Positions 25,446 to 32,000 of a stretch of 32,000 nucleotides of DNA are shown here, piece by piece. The translations under genes and the position numbers were made by a program. The notes beneath the pieces were generated by a model. It was not told where the DNA came from, did not search any database, and worked only from the letters and a program-made list of their open reading frames with translations. Source of the stretch: an uncultured Mycoplasmatota bacterium (GTDB lineage Bacteria > Bacillota_I > Bacilli_A > RF39 > UBA660); contig CAOKAG010000004.1 in the NCBI GenBank assembly GCA_948466395.1, positions 9,078 through 41,077 of the forward strand. The letters run 5' to 3'. Numbering within the stretch: the stretch's first letter is position 1; each line of letters begins with the position of its first letter.

Positions 25446-25522
25446 TGGTAGGATGTACGGGTTTCGAACCCGTGAATACCACCTTGAGAGGGTGGCGTGT
25501 TAAACCCCTTCACCAACATCCC
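25446..25522 (-). tRNA. tRNA-Glu (anticodon CUC), with encoded CCA
   Basis: The reverse complement GGGATGTTGGTGAAGGGGTTTAACACGCCACCCTCTCAAGGTGGTATTCACGGGTTCGAAACCCGTACATCCTACCA has a Glu-type body. Anticodon stem CCACC/GGTGG, loop CTCTCAA, T-arm ACGGG-TTCGAAA-CCCGT. Confidence 0.85.
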
Positions 25523-25590
25523 AAAAAAATAATGCCTATCTCTTAAGACATTATTATGTTATCATACATACATTTTTTTTTCAATAGCAA

Positions 25591-25998
25591 TTAACGTCCT
25601 CTACTCTCAGTTGCTGTTTTATCTTCTGTAAAATTTTTTAAATCTTCAACAGTTTGAGGGACAACCCGCCAAATTTGATCTACTGTATAACCTAGTTTTA
25701 TTAATTCACTACTTAAACGTGACAGTTTTTCTTTAATAGTTAAATCATCTTCAGGACGATAGGGAATTAGATATTTTCCTATTTGATGGCTATGAAACTC
25801 AAGTAATTTTTCTATGCGTCCAAAATAATACTTTTCAGCAATAACGTACTTCTCTTTCATTCGGTGACGTAACTTTTCATCTGGAATTTCATTAAGATCA
25901 CTTGGTTTTATATCAACAAAATTACTAGGATGCATTCCACTTTCTTCAATTATCGTATATAATGTATCAATATCTTCTGATGAAAAAATATCATTCAT
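25591..25998 (-). CDS. Hypothetical protein, 135 aa; no family recognised
   Basis: AGGAGTG RBS 5 nt before the ATG and non-repetitive composition. Confidence 0.6.
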   Translation of the reverse strand: MNDIFSSEDIDTLYTIIEESGMHPSNFVDIKPSDLNEIPDEKLRHRMKEKYVIAEKYYFGRIEKLLEFHSHQIGKYLIPYRPEDDLTIKEKLSRLSSELIKLGYTVDQIWRVVPQTVEDLKNFTEDKTATESRGR

Positions 25999-26070
25999 AT
26001 TATCACTCCTATTCTATATATATTATACCCAAAAACTAAATTTAATAAAAGGATTTTTGTCTAGTTTACG

Positions 26071-26451
26071 TCAAGTCAAAAATGATTCCTTTTCTAAATC
26101 AATAGAATCATAAGCCCCTAAATCATACACTTGATACCCCAAACCTTTTAAAGTATTATAAGCCAGTTTACTTCTATTGCCACTTCGACAATAAACAAGC
26201 AATACTTTGCTTTTATCAAGAAAAGAGAGATTTTCACGAATAACATCATGAGGAATATTTAAGGCTCCAACCAAATGCCCTTTACTAAATTCTTCCTCTG
26301 ATCGAACATCCAAAAGAATATAATTATTTTCATAAAGAATTTGTTCCAATGTTTTTTCTTCTTGAATTCCTTGTTTAGAATCAGAATTTTCACACCCTGT
26401 AATACAAAAAATAAAAAGTAAACATCCCAAAATAAAAATAATCTTTTTCAT
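26071..26451 (-). CDS. Rhodanese-domain lipoprotein
   Basis: Lipobox CITGC and active-site loop CRSGNRS. The ATG at 26451 has an AAGGAG RBS; the tracked GTG at 26460 is 3 codons upstream. Confidence 0.85.
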   Translation of the reverse strand: MKKIIFILGCLLFIFCITGCENSDSKQGIQEEKTLEQILYENNYILLDVRSEEEFSKGHLVGALNIPHDVIRENLSFLDKSKVLLVYCRSGNRSKLAYNTLKGLGYQVYDLGAYDSIDLEKESFLT

Positions 26452-26518
26452 AAAATCCACTCCTTATACACGATTTTATTATAACATAAAAAAAGTAAAA
26501 CAGTGTTTACTTTAAAAT

Positions 26519-26899
26519 TTAATCAGCAAAGGTTAAAATAAAACCATTATTATCAAAAATAGCAAATTCATTTTTACCATAAAAAGTTTTATGAAGTTCA
26601 CTAGCCAGTTGAACCTTCTCTTTCAAACTTTCATATAATTCCAAAACATTAGACACTGTGATAAATAATGTAAAGCAAGGCTTAATCTCATCACAATTTA
26701 AACTTGGGTACTCTTGAATCAAATTTTTTTGTTCTTGAACCATCAGCGTAACGTTATCTTTCTTAAGAATAGCAAATTGTAAATCCTCTCCTGTCTCGGG
26801 AACTGTTAATATTTTTTGAAAGCCCAACCTCTCTTCATAAAATTTTAGTGTTTCAAAGACACTCTTAACCATTAAATTAGGTGTTAAATTTTCATACAT
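26519..26899 (-). CDS. VOC (glyoxalase / bleomycin-resistance) family protein
   Basis: The size and the pattern MVKSVFETLKFYEERLGF...GKNEFAIFDNNGFILTF are typical of the VOC fold. GGAGGAAG RBS. Confidence 0.7.
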   Translation of the reverse strand: MYENLTPNLMVKSVFETLKFYEERLGFQKILTVPETGEDLQFAILKKDNVTLMVQEQKNLIQEYPSLNCDEIKPCFTLFITVSNVLELYESLKEKVQLASELHKTFYGKNEFAIFDNNGFILTFAD

Positions 26900-26963
26900 C
26901 TCTTTCTTCCTCCAACTTTAAAATAACAAAAAAATAAAAAAACGTATTGTAAAAAAAAGACAT

Positions 26964-27734
26964 TTAATTTTGTATAAGCTCAAGAGGAGAAAAACCCGTA
27001 TATCTTTTAATTTCTTTTATAAAATGAGATTGATCATAAAAACCACATAAAGAAATAATTTCCATTAAATTTTTTTGTTCCAATAATAAAGTTAAACACA
27101 AATGTAATCTTAAAATATTTAATAATACTTTAGGAGACACACCATAGTATTTCTTAAAAATTCGATTTAAATGCCTAGAATGATAACCAAAAGTTTTTGC
27201 CATTTCATAAACCCGTTGCTCTCGTGGTTCTTTATACAACCTATCCACCCATAAAAGCATTCTTTTATCTTCTATAGGTGTGACTTTCGATAATAAATAA
27301 TCTTTTAATAATCGCTTTCTATTAAAATCCTCTTTTATCATAAAAATAGTTTTTAAAGAAACACGATCATCAATTTCTTCAAAAAGAATAGGATGATCCA
27401 TTACTTTTGAGGCCTCTATATGAAAGAGGAGAAAAAAACTACTCGGTTTTAAACGCACACCCAAAATATCAATTTTTTGCTTAAGTTCTAAAACCATCGT
27501 TTCTTTGCTAAAACCAGCAAAACAAATAATTTCATTTGTAAAATCAATAACAATATCAATACAAGCATCAGGTAAAATAGACACCGCTATCTCATTAGAG
27601 CAAATCCTTTTTGATTGCATACTCCAAAAACACATCACGTAATCCTTTAACTCTTCTATTTCCTGTTCTTGATAATCTACATTTTTTTGAAACGCCTTAT
27701 TTAATAAATAAGGAACTTGTTTAGGATAAAACAT
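26964..27734 (-). CDS. AraC family transcriptional regulator
   Basis: C-terminal dual-HTH region (EMAKTFGYHSRHLNRIFKKYYGVSPK...GFYDQSHFIKEIKRYTGFSP). Confidence 0.85.
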   Translation of the reverse strand: MFYPKQVPYLLNKAFQKNVDYQEQEIEELKDYVMCFWSMQSKRICSNEIAVSILPDACIDIVIDFTNEIICFAGFSKETMVLELKQKIDILGVRLKPSSFFLLFHIEASKVMDHPILFEEIDDRVSLKTIFMIKEDFNRKRLLKDYLLSKVTPIEDKRMLLWVDRLYKEPREQRVYEMAKTFGYHSRHLNRIFKKYYGVSPKVLLNILRLHLCLTLLLEQKNLMEIISLCGFYDQSHFIKEIKRYTGFSPLELIQN

Positions 27735-27772
27735 AAACGTACCAAAATTAAAAAAAGTTCTAAATCAGAACT

Positions 27773-28228
27773 TTATTTTGTACAAGTTGCTCCAACACTT
27801 GATGATTCATACATAGCTTTGATATCATCAATTTTGATTTTACCATCTTTAATTAATTGACCATTAGCACTATCAATTTCAATCATTTTTTTCGTGTCTA
27901 CTTTACTGTAATCAACTTCTAATGTACTCGTTAAAGTATCACCATCGATTTTAAGATCATAATTATAATGTTCAACATCTTTATAAGGTTCATAAATCGC
28001 TTCAACAGCTTCCTTATAGTTCTCTAAAACATCTTTAGAACTACTTGTTACTTTTTCAATAGATTTTACTTTTGTAACCGTATCTTTTGAATACTCTACT
28101 TCATAACGTAAATCCATACCTAAACCATTTTGGTTCATACTTCTTGTACATGTCATTGTTTTAGTTTCATTTCCACAACCAGTTAAACAAAACAAAGACA
28201 CAACAATTAGCATCATTAATTTTTTCAT
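27773..28228 (-). CDS. YehR-like (DUF1307) lipoprotein
   Basis: Lipobox LTGCGNE. The pattern ...YEVEYSKDTVTKV...LEVDYSKVDTKKM resembles the YehR family as I recall it. Confidence 0.7.
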   Translation of the reverse strand: MKKLMMLIVVSLFCLTGCGNETKTMTCTRSMNQNGLGMDLRYEVEYSKDTVTKVKSIEKVTSSSKDVLENYKEAVEAIYEPYKDVEHYNYDLKIDGDTLTSTLEVDYSKVDTKKMIEIDSANGQLIKDGKIKIDDIKAMYESSSVGATCTK

Positions 28229-28302
28229 ATAAACACCTCTTCCTATTTAATTGTATCATAAATAATTAAAAAAATGTACAAAAAAAGTAGAAAAAGCTCT
28301 AC

Positions 28303-28719
28303 TTAATCAATTTGAACGTATTTTTTTTCTGGAAGTTCTTTCTTTTCTTCCATTTTAGGAAGATCTAACTTCAAAACACCATTTTTAAACTGAGCACGAA
28401 CATCTTCTGTTTCTAGAGTTTCGCCAACATAAAAACTTCTTGAACACTCTCCAAAATACCTTTCACGACGAACATATTTTCCGTCTTCGTTTTCCTCTAT
28501 TTCTTTTTTCTTAGAAGCATGGATAGTTAAATAACCATTTTCTACTTCAATTTTAATCTCTTCTTTTTCATATCCTGGTAGATCAACAATTAAAGAAAAA
28601 CCGTCTTCACTTTCTTTAATATCCGTTTTCATGACTTTTGTTTCACTTTCTCTAAAAAAGGGATCACTAAAAATATCCTCTAAAAGTCCAAAATCATTTC
28701 TTCTTGGTATCATCATCAT
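28303..28719 (-). CDS. Hsp20 / alpha-crystallin small heat-shock protein
   Basis: Alpha-crystallin domain (DIKESEDGFSLIVDLPGYEKEEIKIEVENGYLTI...GVLKLDLPK). The ATG at 28719 has an AAAGGA RBS; the tracked start at 28752 is 11 codons upstream. Confidence 0.9.
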   Translation of the reverse strand: MMMIPRRNDFGLLEDIFSDPFFRESETKVMKTDIKESEDGFSLIVDLPGYEKEEIKIEVENGYLTIHASKKKEIEENEDGKYVRRERYFGECSRSFYVGETLETEDVRAQFKNGVLKLDLPKMEEKKELPEKKYVQID

Positions 28720-28790
28720 AAATAATCCTTTCCTTTCTTTTTTATAATACACAATACCATAAAAAGTATACCATTACTTTTTACATTTTA

Positions 28791-28833
28791 ATCCTACCAC
28801 TTTAAATTAGCACTGTCAACACAAAAGTGCCAA
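28791..28833 (-). promoter_or_regulatory. CIRCE-like inverted repeat overlapping a predicted hsp20 promoter
   Basis: 28807-28833 reads TTAGCACTG-N9-AAGTGCCAA, which matches CIRCE TTAGCACTC-N9-GAGTGCTAA at 15 of 18 arm positions. On the minus strand, TTGACA(28819-28814)-N17 (ending TGg)-TAGGAT(28796-28791). Confidence 0.5.
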
Positions 28834-28839
28834 TTTGTA

Positions 28840-30063
28840 TTATTCTGGAATTTTCATAATAAAATAACCATGACTTGCTTCATCCCCATTGTAAGCATAT
28901 AATTTTCCTTTACTCACACCTAGATGATTATATTTGATAGCAAGGATGCCTTTCTCATTACTTTTAGAATTTCTTGTTCCATCATACACCACTTTAAACT
29001 TGCCATCACTTAGATATTCAATATCAGTAATCACAATCTCTCCCTCATTCACTGTAGCTACAATTCTTAATGTACTAGGAATTTTTTGTTTTACATTTTC
29101 TTGAAAAGTATAATAAACTTCTTTATTATAAATGGTATCCTGATCAATAACATAATTTCCATCTTTTCGTGCTTCTTCTAAAGAATAATCATTAGGAAGA
29201 AGCTCTAACTTACGAAATTGCGTATCAATTGAACAAGAATTACCAATACCATAATTGATGTATACTTTATTAAAAATTTTCCCCTTTATAAAACCATACT
29301 CTGTAATCGTATAATCCTGTTCTCGATTATAATAGTACTGCTTTCCATCGCAATCTAAAAGTTCATATTGACTAATAATTTTTTCCATTTCCTTTTTTAA
29401 AGCATCATAACTTCTTGGCCCTGAAAAAATAGCATTATAATTGCAACACTCTTCACTTAATTTCATAAATTTAGGAACATCCAATCTTTTTTTGGACGCT
29501 TCTGATAAATGAGTACTCACCCCATACGGAAATTGATATAAAACAACTAAGCCGCCTAAGAAAAAAACAAAAAAGAGCCATTTTAGTTTAAACTTTCTTT
29601 TCTTTGGAACAACTTTCTTTTCTTCTTCAAAAACCTCTTCAATAATTTCTTTTCGTTTTGTTTCAATTTCTAAATCTGGAAGAGCTTTCTTTTCTTCAAT
29701 CTTTTTAGACGTTTCTTTTACCTTTTTTGAAACTTTTTTTTCTACGTTCTTCTCTAACTTTTCTTTGGCTTGATTTTTTTTAGTTTTTTTTAGTTCATCT
29801 TGTTCTAAAGCCTTTACTTTATTTTTAACTTGCTCTTCTTTAACTTTTTTTACTTCTGTTTTTTTTACCGTCTCTTTTTTAACAGCACTCGTCTTTTTCT
29901 TGACTTCACTTGACTTCTTTTTTACCTCTGTACTTTTAGTTTTAGCACTTTGGTTAACTTTTTTTTGTACTTTTTTCTTCTTGTTTTTTATCTCTTTTTT
30001 TTTCGTAGTCTGACGATTCAGTTGCTTTTTCTTCTTTTTTACATTTTTCTTCCTCTGTGCCAT
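28840..30063 (-). CDS. Single-pass membrane protein with a Lys-rich cytoplasmic tail of about 160 aa and an extracytoplasmic DUF4362-like C-terminal domain
   Basis: The ATG at 30063 has an AAGGTGA RBS. The tail has about 60 Lys in roughly 160 residues by my count. TM helix WLFFVFFLGGLVVLY. The C-terminus ARKDGNYVI...LRIVATVNEGEIVITDIEYLSDGKFKVVYDGTRN resembles the DUF4362 pattern as I recall it. Confidence 0.7.
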   Translation of the reverse strand: MAQRKKNVKKKKKQLNRQTTKKKEIKNKKKKVQKKVNQSAKTKSTEVKKKSSEVKKKTSAVKKETVKKTEVKKVKEEQVKNKVKALEQDELKKTKKNQAKEKLEKNVEKKVSKKVKETSKKIEEKKALPDLEIETKRKEIIEEVFEEEKKVVPKKRKFKLKWLFFVFFLGGLVVLYQFPYGVSTHLSEASKKRLDVPKFMKLSEECCNYNAIFSGPRSYDALKKEMEKIISQYELLDCDGKQYYYNREQDYTITEYGFIKGKIFNKVYINYGIGNSCSIDTQFRKLELLPNDYSLEEARKDGNYVIDQDTIYNKEVYYTFQENVKQKIPSTLRIVATVNEGEIVITDIEYLSDGKFKVVYDGTRNSKSNEKGILAIKYNHLGVSKGKLYAYNGDEASHGYFIMKIPE

Positions 30064-30155
30064 CTTCTTCACCTTATTTTCTTGGAAATATTATAACTAA
30101 ATTACTAAAAAAAAGAAACTCTTTTTCATTAATTTCCCCAAAAAAAAGAGACGTT

Positions 30156-31433
30156 TTATTCCTTTGGCTTTAAAATCGTCACTTCCATATTTTTAACATC
30201 AATTTTATCCATGACTTGCAATACTTTATCAAACGTAATGGATTCAATATGTTCTTTTAAATCATCGACAATTTCTCCATAAGAAATAATCTCCTCTTGC
30301 ATCATTTCATTCACATTCTGAATATCATCATAGTTTAAAACTAAAGTAGCAATACTTGAATTCACTTTTCTTTTAAAATTTTCTTCCGTCATTTTTAATT
30401 TCTTAAATTGATTCTTCACTTCTTTAATAGCGTATTCAGGATAACTGGTTTCCATTGAAACCGTTAATAAAACATACTCTCCACAAAAATGACGATTAAA
30501 ACTTAAATAATGAATCAATTCTTTTTCCATTAACTCTTCTTTTAAGTCACTGGTTGAACCAAAATTACTATTTAAAATCAAAGACATAATGACCCTTAGT
30601 TCAATAGGATCCACCATTTTAAAATTACTTATAGGTGTTTTGATCGTAATCTTAACTTTTGTATTTTCCACATTTCCAGTTATTTCACATTTTTCTTTGA
30701 CCACATTTACAGGCTCTTTAATTTTCTTCATCTTTGGATGACGATAATTAGGAATCTTTTTTTTCTTCAATTGATTCTCTGTAACCTTAAAAATATCATA
30801 AGGATTAACATTCCCTGTTACAATTAAAAACATATTTTCTGGATGATAAAACGTATCAAAAATCAATTCTATATCCTCTAGAGTAATTTTTTTTATATCT
30901 TCTTTTTCTCCAGTAATAATTTCTTTATATTTATATTTATGAAAAACATTTTCATAATTCTTATAAAAAATTTGACTATCAGGAGAATCCTTTTGCATGC
31001 CTAACTCCTCTAAAATAATATTTCTTTCTTTATTGACATTCTTTTTATTAAAACATGGCGTCAATACAAATTCTAACAAATGTTCTAAATTTTCTTTAAT
31101 AGCTTGAGTAGTATAAACATGATAACACGTATATTCAAATGTTGTAAAAGCATTAACATCGCTTCCATACTGATTAAAAAAATCCGTTGCAGTGGTTCCA
31201 TCAGGTTCATAAAACTTTAAATGCTCTATAAAATGAGCAATCCCACTAGGTACTTTATGGTATTTCACTTCATTATTATTCTTAAATTCTTGATGAATCG
31301 AACCATATTTTACACCAAGAGCCATAAACGTTCCTTTAACTTTATCATTCTTTAAAACATACGTGGGTAATTTATCTAAAATCTTCTCATACCAAACGCT
31401 TTCATCTAATCCTTTTAAAACAATTTCTCTCAT
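30156..31433 (-). CDS. M16 family zinc peptidase (insulinase-like), active subunit
   Basis: HxxEH zinc motif HFIEH with a downstream ERNIILEE glutamate. The ATG overlaps the upstream TGA stop (ATGA). Confidence 0.85.
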   Translation of the reverse strand: MREIVLKGLDESVWYEKILDKLPTYVLKNDKVKGTFMALGVKYGSIHQEFKNNNEVKYHKVPSGIAHFIEHLKFYEPDGTTATDFFNQYGSDVNAFTTFEYTCYHVYTTQAIKENLEHLLEFVLTPCFNKKNVNKERNIILEELGMQKDSPDSQIFYKNYENVFHKYKYKEIITGEKEDIKKITLEDIELIFDTFYHPENMFLIVTGNVNPYDIFKVTENQLKKKKIPNYRHPKMKKIKEPVNVVKEKCEITGNVENTKVKITIKTPISNFKMVDPIELRVIMSLILNSNFGSTSDLKEELMEKELIHYLSFNRHFCGEYVLLTVSMETSYPEYAIKEVKNQFKKLKMTEENFKRKVNSSIATLVLNYDDIQNVNEMMQEEIISYGEIVDDLKEHIESITFDKVLQVMDKIDVKNMEVTILKPKE

Positions 31434-32000
31434 TTGTCTTCCCCCTTACTTTCAAGTTCATAAACAAAATTAATTTTAAACTTTTTTCCTAAATTGACTA
31501 AATCTTTTATTGTAACGCTCTCATATTTTTCTTTTAAATCCTTATATAAAGGCGTTCCTGTAATACTATGAAAAGCATAATTGTTCATCAAGCTATTTTG
31601 ATTATCAACCACAATATCTAAAGACGTATAAAGTTGTTTTTTAGCAGTTTCAAACTCCTCTTTACTAATTTTACCACTCATCATTTCTTTCATACTCTTT
31701 TTAATAAGCTTAATGGCTAAGGCCACATTCTTTTTATCTAATCCCACATAAACATAAAACATATTATCGTATTTTGAAACAATCGACGATACGCTATAGC
31801 AAAGTTCATTTTCTTCTCTTAAAGCCTTATAAAGTTTAGCATTCAACCCCCCACTACACAAAATTTCATCAAACAAAGTCAACGTAATAAAACGTTCCTC
31901 TTTCGTTAAATCTCTCATATTAAAACCAACCACTAAACTGGTTTGATTAAAATCAGCGGTTTCTTTGACCTTTAATTCACGACTTCGTCTTTTATTATCC
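31430..32000 (-). CDS. M16 family peptidase, C-terminal part; 5' end beyond the window
   Basis: The frame stays open upstream of the tracked GTG at 31933, reading ...ELKVKETADFNQTSLVVGFN. The sequence is typical of an M16 C-terminal domain and the gene is translationally coupled to the downstream M16 gene. Confidence 0.75.
   Translation of the reverse strand, partial: DNKRRSRELKVKETADFNQTSLVVGFNMRDLTKEERFITLTLFDEILCSGGLNAKLYKALREENELCYSVSSIVSKYDNMFYVYVGLDKKNVALAIKLIKKSMKEMMSGKISKEEFETAKKQLYTSLDIVVDNQNSLMNNYAFHSITGTPLYKDLKEKYESVTIKDLVNLGKKFKINFVYELESKGEDK

Noticed and set aside
25446-28228. Possible tRNA-linked genomic island next to tRNA-Glu (hypothetical, rhodanese, VOC, AraC and lipoprotein genes), and likewise at tRNA-Met
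   Set aside because: There is no integrase, recombinase or phage gene. I found no direct repeat of either tRNA 3' end. The composition looks the same as the flanks, and the genes lie on the 5' side of the tRNA, not the usual 3' insertion side.
29774-29793. Tandem 10-bp repeat TTTTTTTTAG x2 inside the Lys-rich gene, as an independent repeat element or switch
   Set aside because: It is only two copies and is a by-product of the repetitive Lys (AAA/AAG) coding. It is noted under the Lys-rich protein finding, not called as a separate feature.
1-32000. CRISPR arrays, IS or transposon ends, prophage genes, rRNA, riboswitches, or an alternative genetic code (TGA=Trp)
   Set aside because: I saw no spaced direct repeats, transposase or integrase ORFs, or long structured leaders. 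TGA clearly terminates well-aligned genes (ABC ATPase at 3510-3512, M16 peptidase at 31430-31432) and Trp is encoded by TGG, so the standard code applies.

Overview
Visibly AT-rich, low-GC Firmicutes-type chromosomal segment. SigG, YlmC/YmxH and a DacB-like PBP suggest a spore-former, and the standard genetic code is in use. I support about 36 CDS and 2 tRNAs, mostly on the minus strand. In order they are: the tail of a hybrid histidine kinase plus an HPt-REC protein; a 3-gene ABC-2 exporter; a membrane metallophosphoesterase; tRNA-Met; a VanY-type M15 peptidase; a CaCA exchanger; a GluP-like rhomboid; ylmC-lspA-rluD; a secreted FN3 protein; the nrdD-nrdG-dut operon divergent from a Crp/Fnr regulator; sigG; a short HipA_C-like kinase; a NatAB-like ABC exporter; an S11 carboxypeptidase; YtxH; PerM-hypothetical-TtcA; tRNA-Glu(CUC); a small block of rhodanese, VOC, AraC and DUF1307 lipoprotein genes; Hsp20; a lysine-rich membrane protein; and an M16 peptidase pair. 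I see no CRISPR array, IS element, integrase, prophage or recognisable defence operon, and no convincing multi-gene novel system. The region looks like core chromosome. The best leads are cis-regulatory. (1) A G9 homopolymer lies inside the 18-nt spacer of a perfect TTGACA/TATAAT promoter in front of the NatAB-like exporter, a candidate phase-variable switch. (2) A 22-bp perfect palindrome lies between nrdD and the Crp/Fnr gene, centred near -41.5 of a predicted extended -10 nrdD promoter. (3) A degenerate CIRCE operator overlaps the hsp20 promoter. Secondary leads are an HK-REC to HPt-REC phosphorelay, an orphan HipT-sized kinase, an orphan sigG, a membrane protein with a lysine-rich tail (about one residue in three), a protein with a SipW-like signal and an FN3 domain, and an untracked 54-aa ORF. 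All calls rest on reading motifs by eye; no database search was possible.
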